From NCBI GenBank assembly GCA_022605425.2, contig CM061248.1, positions 682,001 to 746,000 of the forward strand: a stretch of 64,000 nt of DNA, in the 5' to 3' direction. The translations under genes and the position numbers were made by a program. Below are positions 49,004 to 61,845 of this stretch, one piece after another. The stretch is from Hamiltosporidium tvaerminnensis FI-OER-3-3 (Eukaryota; Fungi; Microsporidia). How positions within the stretch are numbered: position 1 is the stretch's first letter; each line of letters begins with the position of its first letter. Under the pieces are notes generated by a model that saw only the letters and a program-made list of their open reading frames with translations, made no database searches and was not told where the DNA came from.

Positions 49004-50548
49004 TTAACAATTTTTACTCCTTTTTATTTTTTTATTAAAGATAACTAAAACCAATTGAAAAATACTTTAAGCAATAAAAATAAGATAAGTTATAAACACC
49101 AATAAATTTAAAGATAATACTTTTTTAAAAAAATACTGGTTACAATTAATTATCATAATCTTTATATTTGTAGTTTATTGATAGTTAATAAGTTAAAATT
49201 TATTATTTTTTTAAATATTGGTATTTATAGGATATTTAATTTATTTAATTATAATGATAATTATAAATTTAAATTTAAATTCTAAGTTTGATAATATTGG
49301 TGTTTATATTATATTTTGTTATTTATATTTGTTAATATTTACTTTAGAACCATTGAAAATATTATCAAAAAGTCAAGAATTTTTTTCGTGTTTTCTATTA
49401 TCTACAAAAGTTATATTGTACCATCAATAAATGAATTAAAAAAAGGAAAAATTAATGGTTTCTGAAAAAAGAAAATGCAATTAATATTTTGTGGTAAATT
49501 AAAAGAAAAACCTTGATATTTAATTCAAAAAAATTTCTTGTTTATTTATTATATTTAAATACATGGATGTTATATTTAATTTATAATGTATTTTTCTTCT
49601 GAAAAAATATAAATAAAAAAATCTATGATTATTTATAAAAGTTGTGTTATATTATATTTTAAATAACGAGTTTTATATAAAAAAATATTTTTGTAAGAGA
49701 CATTCCTTTTTAATATTTTTTTTTATTTAAATCATTTTTTGTATAAAATATTTGTTATAAAAATTATTAATTAACTTTTTTTGTTAATTTTTTTTAAATT
49801 TTATAAAAAATATTTTTAATAATATAATATAGATTCTATATATTTTGAAAAAGAAATCCATCCATTGAATCAAAATATAAAATAAAGTGTCAAATATAAA
49901 ATAACTTTCAAATATAAAATTACTTTAAGTAAAGAATAGAAAGGTTGTATAGACAAATAAATATGAAGAAAAATTAACCAAATGAAATAAATTTTATTAT
50001 TTAATTAAAATTTTTAGAAAAATATGAAAATTTTACAATATAAGATATATATTAAAATATAATTACTGTAAATAATTTTTCTTTACAAATTATAAAATTA
50101 CTGTTCTTACTGTTTGAAGTGTAATGTTAATAACTAAATACATTTGAACAGAAATTTTTTTGTGTATTCGGCTCAATATAAAATATAGAGAAATATGCGT
50201 TTCAATTTATTTTACCTTGGTTTTCAAATTTTATATTACGTTAAGCAACCATCAATTTAATTAAGAATTTGATATTTTTAAATATGTACGAACTTAATAA
50301 ATGGAAGGAGAGGAATGATTGATACAAGGAATTTGGATGAAGCCACGATTGAAATCTAGAAATATTCAATTAAATATTAGCCTTTATATATTTCAAGTAT
50401 CAAAATTTTTAAGAATATACGCTAATATAAAATTTATAGAATATTTTTTCAATCTACAAAAAAATTTAAATGGAACACCTAGTGAATATAAAATTAAATT
50501 AATAATATCTTATGAGGAATTTTATTTTTATTCTTTTGTATTTTTATT

Positions 50549-50780
50549 GGTGAAGGATAATAACCACATTAAAAACCATCTGCTTGGAAATGAGTGCGTA
50601 TAATTGGGCAGAAAATCATTGCAGTCATTAGAGTGCGATATAAAACACACTGAATACATAGGCCAACAGCTTATAATCACGAGCTACAACAGATTAAAAG
50701 AAACAAATTGAAAACTTTCATCTGTTACTCCTCGACATCGAGAGGTAAAAGAGGAATCGAATAGGCAAGCAAGTAATTAA
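50549..50780 (+). repeat. Family A repeat, full-length (A5)
   Basis: GGTGAAGGATAATAACCACATTAAAAACCATCTGCTTGG...CCTCGACATCGAGAGGTAAAAGAGG...CAAGCAAGTAATTAAG. Confidence 0.87.
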
Positions 50781-51370
50781 GTCATATTTTTATAAATATA
50801 ATTAACTGCTATAACTTTAAGAAGGTTCTTTAGTCTGAAGTATTATTTTTCAAGGGCTCCAATCTATTTAGCCTGCAGGCTAATATAGCTTCTATTAAAA
50901 AAGTCTCGGGAGAAAATAATTCATTAGCTTTTATACCAACAATCTGAAAAATATTTCTTCATTATTTATTATAATATTTTTGAGATGAAATGTTAAAAGT
51001 TTCACAGATTTTCAAAAAAAATAAAATTGTATCCTACAAATATTTTTACATGATATTTGCAAATCGATTACTATAATTTATAGAATCCCCCGGCCAAGGA
51101 ATTGAATAGCGCATATAAATTGGCACAAGAGTTTATTTCGCATTAAGCACATTCTTAAGTGTAAAAAAAAAATTTTAAATAGAAATATACCAAAACTATT
51201 TATGATAAAATCCCAAATAAATATTTAAATTCATTATTGATGGTTTCTCTAGTAAATTTAACTCGAAACTTCATTGATTTTATAAATAATGAATTATCTA
51301 GATATTTTTTGTTATTTCTTTTGAAATGTCACGATATTATAATAAAAATCCGAATAACCTTTAACAAACA

Positions 51371-51666
51371 TTTTAATTAAAAAAAATTCTCGGTTAAAAT
51401 ATTTTTACGATTTTTATGCATTTTCTTCTACCTCTTTTACCACTGTTGCTTCTTCTTCTAAATCCGACTCTTCATTTATATTTATCGTGGGTTCCTTTAA
51501 CGTGGTTCCTCCTTCTGAAATAAGGGGTGTATTATTTTTTGTTTTTAAATTTTTTGCACATTCTTGCTCTCTACTCGCTTCTTTTAAAGGTGGTGTTGGT
51601 TTCCAATGCATCTCTGCTCTCATAATAACACCCATTGGTGCTCTCTCCCAGCTCTCTTTGGCATTT
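51371..51666 (-). mobile_element. Short 3'-terminal fragment of the R4/Dong-like LINE
   Basis: MGVIMRAEMH..PTP.LKE...EESDLEEE matches the LINE C-terminus and 3' UTR. Confidence 0.9.
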
Positions 51667-54600
51667 TAACGAACATTAAAAACCGATTGATTTAAATTAT
51701 ATTACAAATTCATAAAAAAAATTATCTATAATTGCAATTTTTTTTTATAACTTTTTATATTTTTTTATCTAAAACAACCTACTCTACAAAAAAAAGCCTG
51801 GGGAGATGGATTGAAGACCAATTGTATTACGTCATTATTGAAAGGATCATGCTCCGTTATTTATTCTTTATTGTGTAAACCATTCTTAAAAGTAAATTTA
51901 TCTTAGGTATTTTATCTAAACAAGTCTTTTTTTTCTATTTTTATTTATTCAATCATATCTTTTTAGAAAGAAAGAAACTTTTAGAGATTTCTGATTGTAT
52001 TTTCTGGGTTATAAAACCACAAAAAGTATAAATAAATCTTAAATTTTAAAGGTAAATAGACCTATGAAAATTCCCTACAACATCAATTTCGGGGCAAGTA
52101 GAAACCCATAGTACTTTCTCGTAGTGAAAAAATCATTATCTAAATTTATATTTTTGTCTGAAATTGTATTAATGTCCCATATGAAGAATTTCAAGTTGCA
52201 GTTTGACATTCAGATTCATAAAGATAAGCTTTAAATTTAATATCTTTGATTTCTAAAAAGTTCTGTAAATTTTGATTGTTATTCATTCAAAAGTCTATAT
52301 TTGTTATTTTTCTCAATTAAATTTGTGAGCTCATTCAACTTTCTAATATTGTTAAGTTTTAGAGTTGAATTTAGGTTTTTTAAGTATTTTTCAGCGCGTA
52401 TTCCACGAAAAATATCGATTTGATATATGTAAATCTCAAGACTAACTGTAAAAACCCTTAAAGTTTATTTCTCAAAAGTTATAGAAAGAAATTTTAAATT
52501 ATAAGAACGAAATATTTTTAAATCTACATTATGAATGAGATTTGGTCTTTTTAAACAGATTGAGTTAAAATATGCCGGTTTAAAGAACGAAATGAACGAA
52601 TATAATTGCTTCTAAATTTTAGCATTAAATAAATGATTTGTAACATTTAAATGAGTTATAATATATAAATTTCAGTAACTTTTTTAATTTGAATGAAATT
52701 AAAAATTAAATATCTCATTTCAATATGTTTTTAAGTGATAAAACAAAATAAATCTTTATTTATTTTTTTCAATTAATCGAAAACCTAACATTTTTAATGA
52801 TTAATATTTTGAAATTTTTACATCTTAAACTAAAATTTTTGATCTACATAATATATTTATAAATAAAATATTTTATTTTTTTGGTTCTAAAGCTAGAGTA
52901 GAGTATTTTGGTGATTTTAAGTATATTTCGCTGTTTAAAGAGTGTTTGAACATAATTAACATTTCCATTGATAATATTTTATTTTTTATATATAAGACAA
53001 ACTTTAATATATATCCATATTATTTTGACTCGTCGTTTTACTTAATATATTAAGTCTTGTATCTAAAAAATAAGAACTCGTAAGATTTTTCTTTAGGGTT
53101 GCTGTTGTTTTTTTATATTTTTTGCAGTTAATTAGATTATCCGCTATTTATTTTTTAGCCGTTACGAATCTTTTTGGCTACTTCCACTCTCAGAATTAAA
53201 CTCAAAGCGTTCGTGCTGCATAGCCTAGATATTTTTTTATTTAAAAATATTTTGAAACATTTTTCTTAAATTTTTGAGATACTGTTCGACTCAAAGCAAA
53301 TTTTTAGGTAAAGTAAAGACTTTAACAATCATATACCCTAGCTTTTAAAATAATAAAGTTCACAGTCCTTGGAACTGTACTAATGATATCTTCAACACTC
53401 TAAGGTTTTTTTAAATCGCCTTTAAATATGTTAATTTGTATTTTACTAAATGCTATTATTTATGTTCTAAATTATAACAGCTCTCATTGCAAAATATCCT
53501 AAAATTAATGTGTCAAAGCCAGATACTGAGTGTCGTAGTTGTATAAGTAAATTTTAAATGTACATAAGATTAAAAAAGTAAATTTACCAGCCTCTATTTG
53601 TTCGAATAAACTTTCATTCTATCTTATAAAGTTCTTATATAGCCCGTTTAATTAAAAGTTTGGCTTTCACTTTTTTTTCCAAGAATTTAAGAATATTTTC
53701 AAACACAATCATCAAAAAAAAGCAGGAATATATCGAAATATAACTATCCGATACCGATTAATCTTTCTTTATAAACATTTAATCTTATCATAAAAGTTTT
53801 TGATAAGGTATGCAAATAATAATACTTCTCTTTGTACAAAAAATTCATATATTTGATAAAAAAAAAACCAAATTCCTATTTAAAAATCCGATTCACTTGT
53901 TATTTATTCACAAATATATTTGATTTAGCTTTTACTTAACATCTAAAATCATATATTGCTCAAAATTTTAAGAATACTTTATGGGTGTGTATCAGTGCCA
54001 GATGTTTGTCAAGATTTTTTTGATCTAAAAATATCATTTTAATTCAGATTTAAACATCCAAATCCATTAAACTACAAACAAAGAAGTTGAATCGTTGACA
54101 AGTCATAGAAAAATAAATGTGCTATAAATAAATTAGTGGCTTAGCATATATACATTTTTTTAAGGTTTTTTTTTAATTTCTATTAGCTCGAGTATTTCTC
54201 GTAGCCGATGTTACTTTTAATATATTTTTGCCGCATCTGCTTCAAAAGGCAGATTTTACCAGCTTACTCCTAGTTTAATGGCTTTAGATATATACTTAAT
54301 TAGGCTAAATTTGTAAGAAAATTTTCATATTAAGTGTGGCTTTATAAATTTTTTCTTAAAATGGAAACCGTATTATTTCGAAATCTATACTTGCAATCAA
54401 CCCTCTTCAGAACCATAACATATATAAAATTTTTATAAATTTCAATTGGTTTCTAAATCAGAGCTGAATAATAACTTTTCAAACAGCCTAACTTAAAATC
54501 AATAACTCTAATAAACCCGAATAAAATATTACAAATATAGGTCTACGATTCTGTCGTACATCCCACTTTTAATTTTCCTTGTAAATTTTAGATTCAATAT

Positions 54601-54985
54601 GTTACTTATTTTCAAAAAGTCACAAGTATTTAAAGCTAAATAATTCATTTAAAAGTTCCAACTTATTTATTTTTTTTCAAATTTTATATAAAACATGCCT
54701 TATAATATACCTAATCTATAATCGATATTTAATACCGGAGTCTAAAACTATTTCTGTTTTCTGTCTAGGGAATTTAAAATTGCATCAAACCTATTTTGAA
54801 AATGTACTTTTCGCAATGAGAAATATCATTGTTTAAGCGATTTTTTAATTTTATATCCAAAGAATTTAATTAATGTTTTTACTTTTGTTATTTATTTCAG
54901 CACAACACTGTTATACCTAGAGGTTCTCATTATCCAAATATTCATGTGCAACTTGTATAATGCATGTAATTGAGATAATGTAGCG

Positions 54986-55165
54986 GTGAAGGAAAATCAA
55001 TATTTTCTCTAAATATAGGATTAATAAACCACAAAGCTTCTATAGGCCGAATAAATTTAGAGTTCTGGAGTTCTGATTCATATTTTAAATTTACTTAAAG
55101 TTATCTCTTAATTAGTATAGGGTGTATTTTCGTGATAAAAACACTGTACGATGGTAAAGATAATC
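54986..55165 (+). repeat. Possible highly degenerate family A copy
   Basis: GGTGAAGGA at the start, then ATAAACCA and CTATAGGCC, then GATGGTAAAGA, in the expected order. Confidence 0.4.
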
Positions 55166-55896
55166 CTGGACATATAATCTCTCACTAAACTTTTTTTTAT
55201 TGTTTCTTTCAATCTAAAATAAAAGATTCATAATTCACAGAATCGTCTCATCTGAAAATTACGCCATATTATATTCGACTCTTCTTAGGTCGTTCAATCT
55301 AGGCTTTGAAACATTAAAAACCAAAAAAAAACAATACAATTATTTTGTTATCGCCTTTTTTCGTGTTTAAGCTATAGCATATTTATATATTTGTTTATTT
55401 CGGGATAATAGAGATCGCAATAAAAGCTTTTATAACGTGCTATGATCGCAGAATACACCTTAAAATGTTATTATGCTATAAAAGATGCAACTAGTGCAGC
55501 ATTTCTACAAGAATGCCGAATTTTGTGATTTTGATACTTCTGATATTTTAGTTTAGACCGGGCAATCAATTTTTACAATTCCTTTTAAGATTAAATCTAA
55601 ATACTTTCATTTCCAAACTTTATATAAACCTTCTTTTTATTTTTAACTGTCTATTCAAGATATTTTTAAATTAATCTTTTAAAATTCATATTTTCACATA
55701 GGCTGAATCTAATGTGCTTTACGAACACATAAATTTTCGAATATTTTTTTTTTCATTATATTAAATTTGGAGTCTGATTCTTTACTAAAATAATCAGTGA
55801 ATTACTAAAGACATCGTTTTTCTATTATATTTTTTGATTATATTTGTAGCCTGTCTTAATTGGAAGAAATATTTGTCTATCATTTGCTTTTTTTAC

Positions 55897-56112
55897 ATAT
55901 TCCATTCAACTTTTACCACTCGGTGTCGAGGATGAACAAAGGAAAGTTTTCAAATCAGGTTCTTTTAAGCTGCTGTAATACGAGATTATGGGGAATTGGC
56001 CTATGGATCAAATTGGTTTATATCCCACTAAAATAGAAACAGTAATTTTCACACGATTTTATACACTCATTGCTAATCAGATAGGTTTTAATGTAGTTAT
56101 CTTCTCTCCACC
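55897..56112 (-). repeat. Family A repeat, full-length (A6)
   Basis: Close match to A2 and A4, including CTCGGTGTCGAGGATGAACA and ACACTCATTGCTAA.CAGATA. Confidence 0.87.
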
Positions 56113-56484
56113 CAATAATTTTTTGAACTGGTTAATCATATAGTAGTTGGTAAAAAAAATTATCCTGAAATTACACAATAAAAATTTATATTGAAATCAT
56201 AAAAACTTTATTATCATTTTTTTAAAAAAAGAGATAATGAATAATCAAACCTGAAAATTTTTTAATCAAAATAAAAATTCCAAGTATAAAAATACATAAA
56301 TTTTATACAATTAAAACATTTTTACATTCATTTTAGTTCAATAATTTTTGATAAAATTATTGCGGTTTTTCAATTTATATGAAATAAATAGCAATATAAA
56401 AAAAATGTGATAAAAAGTATTTTTAACTTTATTATCTTATAAAAACAAAAGAAAACATTTATATTTTTGTTTCCTGATACAAAA

Positions 56485-56871
56485 ATGATCAATCGAAAAG
56501 AAGAAAATTATAGAAAAGAAATACGAAAAATCAATAATTATTCTAATAATGATCAAATAACAGAATATTATGCCGATGAATATAATGCAGTACCTTATCC
56601 GATCATTATAGAAAATAATGACTCTGAATATGAGGTGTTTTTTGATAGTTTGGATGATGTTTTAAAAACGTATAAATCTATGGTCAAAAAAACCGTGATG
56701 TTTGAGTACAAATACGCTAATTGTAACAGGAAACTTTTTGAAGAACTATATCCGCTTTTAGAAGAAGCCAAAAGAATACTCTATATATATTATAAAAGGT
56801 ATCTTATACATAAAATCGATATATCCAGTGATATGTACATTGAAGAATTTATTGCATCTTTCGAAAATTAA
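56485..56871 (+). CDS. Small hypothetical protein (~128 aa), possibly a 5'-decayed gene
   Basis: Open frame with protein-like composition; first ATG at 56485; no recognisable domain. Confidence 0.45.
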   Translation: MINRKEENYRKEIRKINNYSNNDQITEYYADEYNAVPYPIIIENNDSEYEVFFDSLDDVLKTYKSMVKKTVMFEYKYANCNRKLFEELYPLLEEAKRILYIYYKRYLIHKIDISSDMYIEEFIASFEN

Positions 56872-57807
56872 ATATAAATTTTAATTTCTATTCATCGCGA
56901 AGGTAATAAATAAATTGATTCTTTTTTCTAATTTTGGAATATAAATTTTTACTTCCCGATACTTTAAGTTATATAAGTCTTGACTTACTGTGCAATATCC
57001 TTTAAAAATTCGCAAAATGTAATGTTTTACTTCAAAATTTGGTCAAAAATACGTGAAATAAATATAAAAAAATATTTTTTATTCAATTATATCTGTCTAA
57101 CACTTTTGGAAATTTAAAAATTTTTATGTTATTTTGTAAGATGTGGTCAATAAATAAAATAAACAAGAAAATAAATTTGCCTATAAATAAGTTTTTAACT
57201 AAAAAAATAAGTTTTAAATCTATATTTCAGTTCACAAATAGTTTTTAAATATTACGGCCGATAGGTATTTTCTGAAAATAAATTGTATTTTAGATTCAAC
57301 AAATTTAGATCAAATATATTTTGAGTATTTTTATAGATGAATAACTTTTTGCCATAAAAAATATAATATTTTGTTTGGAGTATCAATAGAATAGTAAAAG
57401 AACGATTTTTATATTCAAAATTAGATTCTTTTTTCTGGAAAATAGAAAAAAAACACATAAAACCTGTGGTAGATGATTCAAAGCAAAAAAAAGAATAAAT
57501 TTAAAATTTACATTAAATTCAAACTATTTTAAAAATTAATAATTTGAAAAGTATGACTTAGTAGATATTTTAAGGTTATATATTTTTTTCATGTTATGTA
57601 CATTTCAAATTCCCTGAGATTTTGGTAAGATAATAAAAAATGAATTCTAATTTTTAAACAGGTTATAAACCTAGTCGTATTTTACAAAAATATTATTACT
57701 AAAATTCAAGTTTGGCTTTTTACATAATTTCAAATTCCGAGTATACGCTGGCCTTTGTTCTTTGAATAATATATATTTTAAGTTGAAATAACAAACTTTT
57801 AACTCAA

Positions 57808-58540
57808 TAAATATCACATCTTTTTAAAAACAGTATCATGTGTTAATTTTTAGTGAATTTAGCGCAGTTCTAGATTTAAATATAATCCAGTCCAGCATAT
57901 CCTCGGCATAGCATATAATGTTCAAATTTCAAATATTTTCATCGAAAAGGTTAGAAAAACATTGGAAATGGATTGAGCACTTTCCCTGCTATCGTTATAT
58001 TCGTTGACTAATATGTGAATTACAGGTCGAAATCAAACCCTTGCTCTCAAAGATCAGCAGCACATTTAGGTACTTTAAACTTTCCAAACTGAATAGACCT
58101 ACTGCCGAAGAAAATTTCTTCGATTTAAATATGATTTACAAAGACGTCACAATGCCATATCATAGGAAAAACCTGCTAATGACTTACTTGCTTTTTAGAG
58201 CTATTTATTTCGTATTTACGAAGGCGCAAAGTCTTCTAAACCGAATGCGCAAGACTGGATTGCCATGCCTTTATCTAGAAACTGCTTATGAGTTCTTCAG
58301 TGGCCTCCAATCTAGTTAACAAAAAATTAAAAACAGAGTTAGCGGAAAAAGATTCATTATTTTCAGGATAATCTCCTCCTAATATTATTTACAATATAAC
58401 AATCAAAATAGCAATAAATTATCATTCTAGTAAAAATTAAACAATTATTTCCACACGTATTTCACTTACTAATTGCCAAACAGTGGGTTTCTATAGTGAA
58501 TTTTCTTTATTGATCAACATGGTTATCCTTCTTCATCATC
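57808..58540 (-). repeat. Family B repeat, diverged full-length copy (B6)
   Basis: TATCACATCTTTTTAAAA, CGCAGTTCTAG.TTT, GGCGC.AAGTCTTCTAA.CCGA.TG.GCAAG, ATTGCCAA.CAG and TGGTTATCCT are colinear with B2. Confidence 0.8.
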
Positions 58541-59002
58541 AAGTTGAAAAAAATAATATATTTATTTAAACGATTTGTTATGCTGTTACTGTTTTTCTTG
58601 GCTTAAATCCTTTCTTTGGGCGCTTTAGATCATCTTACTAGATTTTCTGTTCGAATTAAATTTTGCTTAAAATATCGACTATAGCGTAACAGCCAAGACA
58701 AGGAATGGAATATTTAGCGCATTTGTTGCTTCAAGACTATCTTTGTTGATATGTACATCAAATAAGTCTAGATTCTATTTGTATCGGAGCTTTTCGTACA
58801 ACGATGATTCCTGCCGTTGACTATATTTCATCGGTAATGAGCATTGGATTACGACTTTGCAGTTTCTCGAGATATAATTTTTAATGTGTTTCTATGTACA
58901 ATTAAATTTATATATCTCTTGTGTCTTTTATGTATTTGAGATTCAAAGATATAAGACTATATTTATCTTTGTCTCGAATTAAATTATAAAATCGTATCTA
59001 GT

Positions 59003-59409
59003 TACTATTTTAGTCCTCTTTTACCCTCTGTGTCGAGGTGGACAATAGAAGCCATCTTATCTGTTGATGATCAAAGTCTTAGCATTGGCTAGATCAATTC
59101 CTGTTTCACATAAAGCCGGTTTTATGAGGCAAACCATTTCAACTTCACTGATTCTTCTGTTTTATAGGTTAAGCCTTACACTTAAAAGTTTACAATTTAT
59201 AGTCCGGTTTCCATACCTGTATTGGGTTTGAGGAAGTCTTCTGTTTTCCCATTATTTTTCTTTTAATCTTCTGTAACCCGGAATTATACGAGATTGATCC
59301 ATAGATAAGATTGGTTTATACCCCACAAAAACGTCAAAAATTATTTTCAGACCAATTTAACTTGCTTATTACCAAGAATGTGGTTTTTGATCTGATTTTT
59401 GTCTCTTCA
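59003..59409 (-). repeat. Family A repeat, long variant with ~200-nt internal module (A7)
   Basis: CCTCTTTTACCCTCTGTGTCGAGG 3' hairpin, insert containing AAAGCCGGTTT, then A-type body and head. Confidence 0.78.
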
Positions 59410-60964
59410 AAAAATCTTTTGTAAGGTGTTTAAAGATAAGCTATCTCAAGATTTTTTTAAAATCATCAAAAAAGCTTTAATACACAGATATAATTCTAGA
59501 CCCTTCTGTACAATTATTTCACATACTTTATGCCAAAACTCTTTTTTCTTACGTTAAATATGAATCATTTATATAATTCAGTAATGTTCCGACGACAACG
59601 GCGACGACTCACCTCCAAATGTTTAATTGGTCAAAACACTATAAGACACCAATAAGAGGCTCTAATCAAGATATCTGTCTTTTTATTTGTTCATAAAACT
59701 ACACAACCAATAATAGGCAGTAGAACTGAACATAAAAAAATTAAAATGATTTTATTAGTCCAAAAAAATATTTGAAATGGAATTTGTAAATTTCTTCTAA
59801 ATTGTATTAATTATCAAGAATAACACAATAATTTTGTTTTTTTTTACTTCTCCTAAAGTTTTTAGTTTTGAAAAAATTTAAATCGATTTGTTACGTTTTC
59901 TTTTTTAAGAATTTAAAGGTAAACAAAACATCGTATGCTAAGATTGATGCATTTTTCCATTCTTATGTCTCATTATTTATATTTCCACTTAAAATTGCAT
60001 AAAAACATTACTGCTTTAATAGTTTCTGAAACTTTTTACCGGATTATATCAAAAGATTTTTAATAGAAATGACTAGGAATTTATACAATAAATGAATCAA
60101 CAAACACAGCATATTGTTCATAAGCACACTTTTTTTCAGCGGAAGAAGACTCTTCACAAGAATATATTTTTTAGAAAAAGACGACGAGCTGGAATAAAAT
60201 ATATTTTAATTGAACAGATTATATATTAAAACCGAGCTAAAGCACTAAAAAATTTGAAATGAATATAAAACAAGAAGAGAACTATGCAGGTTAAAAAAGC
60301 CTAGATTTTTATTGGGAAATCGCAAAAAAGCGAGTAATGATTGAAAAATGAGAGACTAAAAAAATATACCAGAAACAGACCAGGTGAGAATAAGAAATTC
60401 TTATTGAAAAGGTTAAGAAACCAGAGCTCAGATAATAATGTCTAAGATTATTTTCCGGTATTTTTTTCTTATGAATGCAAAAGAAAGTTCATTTCTACCA
60501 GTTTAACAACTACTCAGTAAAAAATATTTTTAATTTCAAATAATACGATTTGATAATCAACTTAGATTTTATCATAACAAAAATTTACAATTAAATTGGG
60601 TGCTTAATCCGACGAAATATTATAAAAATTCAATATTCTAATATTCTAAAAGTTAAAAGTTTTTAGTTGAATTTAAAATCGTTTTAAAAAGTATATTTGA
60701 TTGACTGATCATAAAAATTATTTAATATAACAATTGTTTTTTATTTTAATTTTTACTAGAGATTCTTGTTTGGTTTTTATGTACTCAACCTATTATCGCA
60801 TAGATTAATTACTGTGGTAAATACAAAAAAAACAAAATCTTGATCAGACATAACAATATGAAACAAAATTCTACTAAAATTCATTATTAACAAATCGAGT
60901 AATATTTTTATCTATTAAATGCAACATTTAACAAATTAAATAAACAAAATTTTTTTCAAAAAAA

Positions 60965-61126
60965 TCATCATCTTCATCAGCGCCACAGCTTTTGTAGAAT
61001 CTTGGCTGCTGCAACAAAGTAAATTCCATTCTTCCCGATGATACGCCTTCTTTCGCGAGCTCTTAAGCCAAGCTTCTGGAAGTCAGCTGCCACATCATCT
61101 ATCCACCTCTTCCGTGGGCGCCCTTT
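60965..61126 (-). mobile_element. 3'-terminal fragment of an RTE-clade LINE
   Basis: GRPRKRWIDDVAADFQKLG is the typical RTE C-terminal motif. The stop is followed by a (GAT)n-like tail. GC-rich relative to flanks. Confidence 0.75.
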
Positions 61127-61845
61127 AAAAAAAATCCTATAACCCAATATCGATTTCATTAACAAGGAATATTTCATTTAAATTTCCAAATTTATATTTA
61201 AATTAATTTAGCCACAAAAAATGCAAAGAATGTCGTAAGTATACATTTATTTTACCAAAAATACCAAAAAGTAAATTTAAATTCATTTAAATTTTGAATT
61301 TATACAATAAAATATTTCTATTTAATTGAATTCTAATTTAAAAATATATTTTCAAATTCTTTACATATTTTGACAACTGCTATAACTATTTACTTTCGTT
61401 TTCTAATTTGACTCTTCATTTATATTATATTTGGTTCCTCTAATGTATATACTCTGTTGAAATGAAGAATATATTATTTTTATGTTTTTTTTATACATCA
61501 TTTTAAAAAGTAAAAAAACATGCATTGACGATTTAATTGATCTTGGTTTGCAATTTTTTTTTTCAAATAAGTTAATATTCAAATTAAAAAAAAATTATGA
61601 TCGAATTATTTTATTTTAAAAGAAAATTTGATCATAAGAGTGGAAAATATATCAAAACCAATGATTTTCCTGTTTGTATTTTATTTCTTATTCTTGACTC
61701 GACAATTATTTAAGAAAATATATATTTAATTTTTGAAAATCGTTTTTAATCACTTTAATACCAATAAAATTTATGAGATATTTGCATTCCTAAAAGGGAA
61801 ATTGTTTTTTTGTTTTTTTATAAAAATCAAAGACGCTATTCGTTC

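Noticed and set aside
51084-51155. tRNA-like 3' end (TTCAATTCC...GGCCGGGGGA) on the minus strand
   Set aside because: No convincing D arm, acceptor pairing or SINE body.
51770-52180. Possible further, very old type B copy on the minus strand
   Set aside because: Only scattered short matches (CTGGGTTATA, TAGACCT, ACTCTACA); cannot be supported without a profile search.
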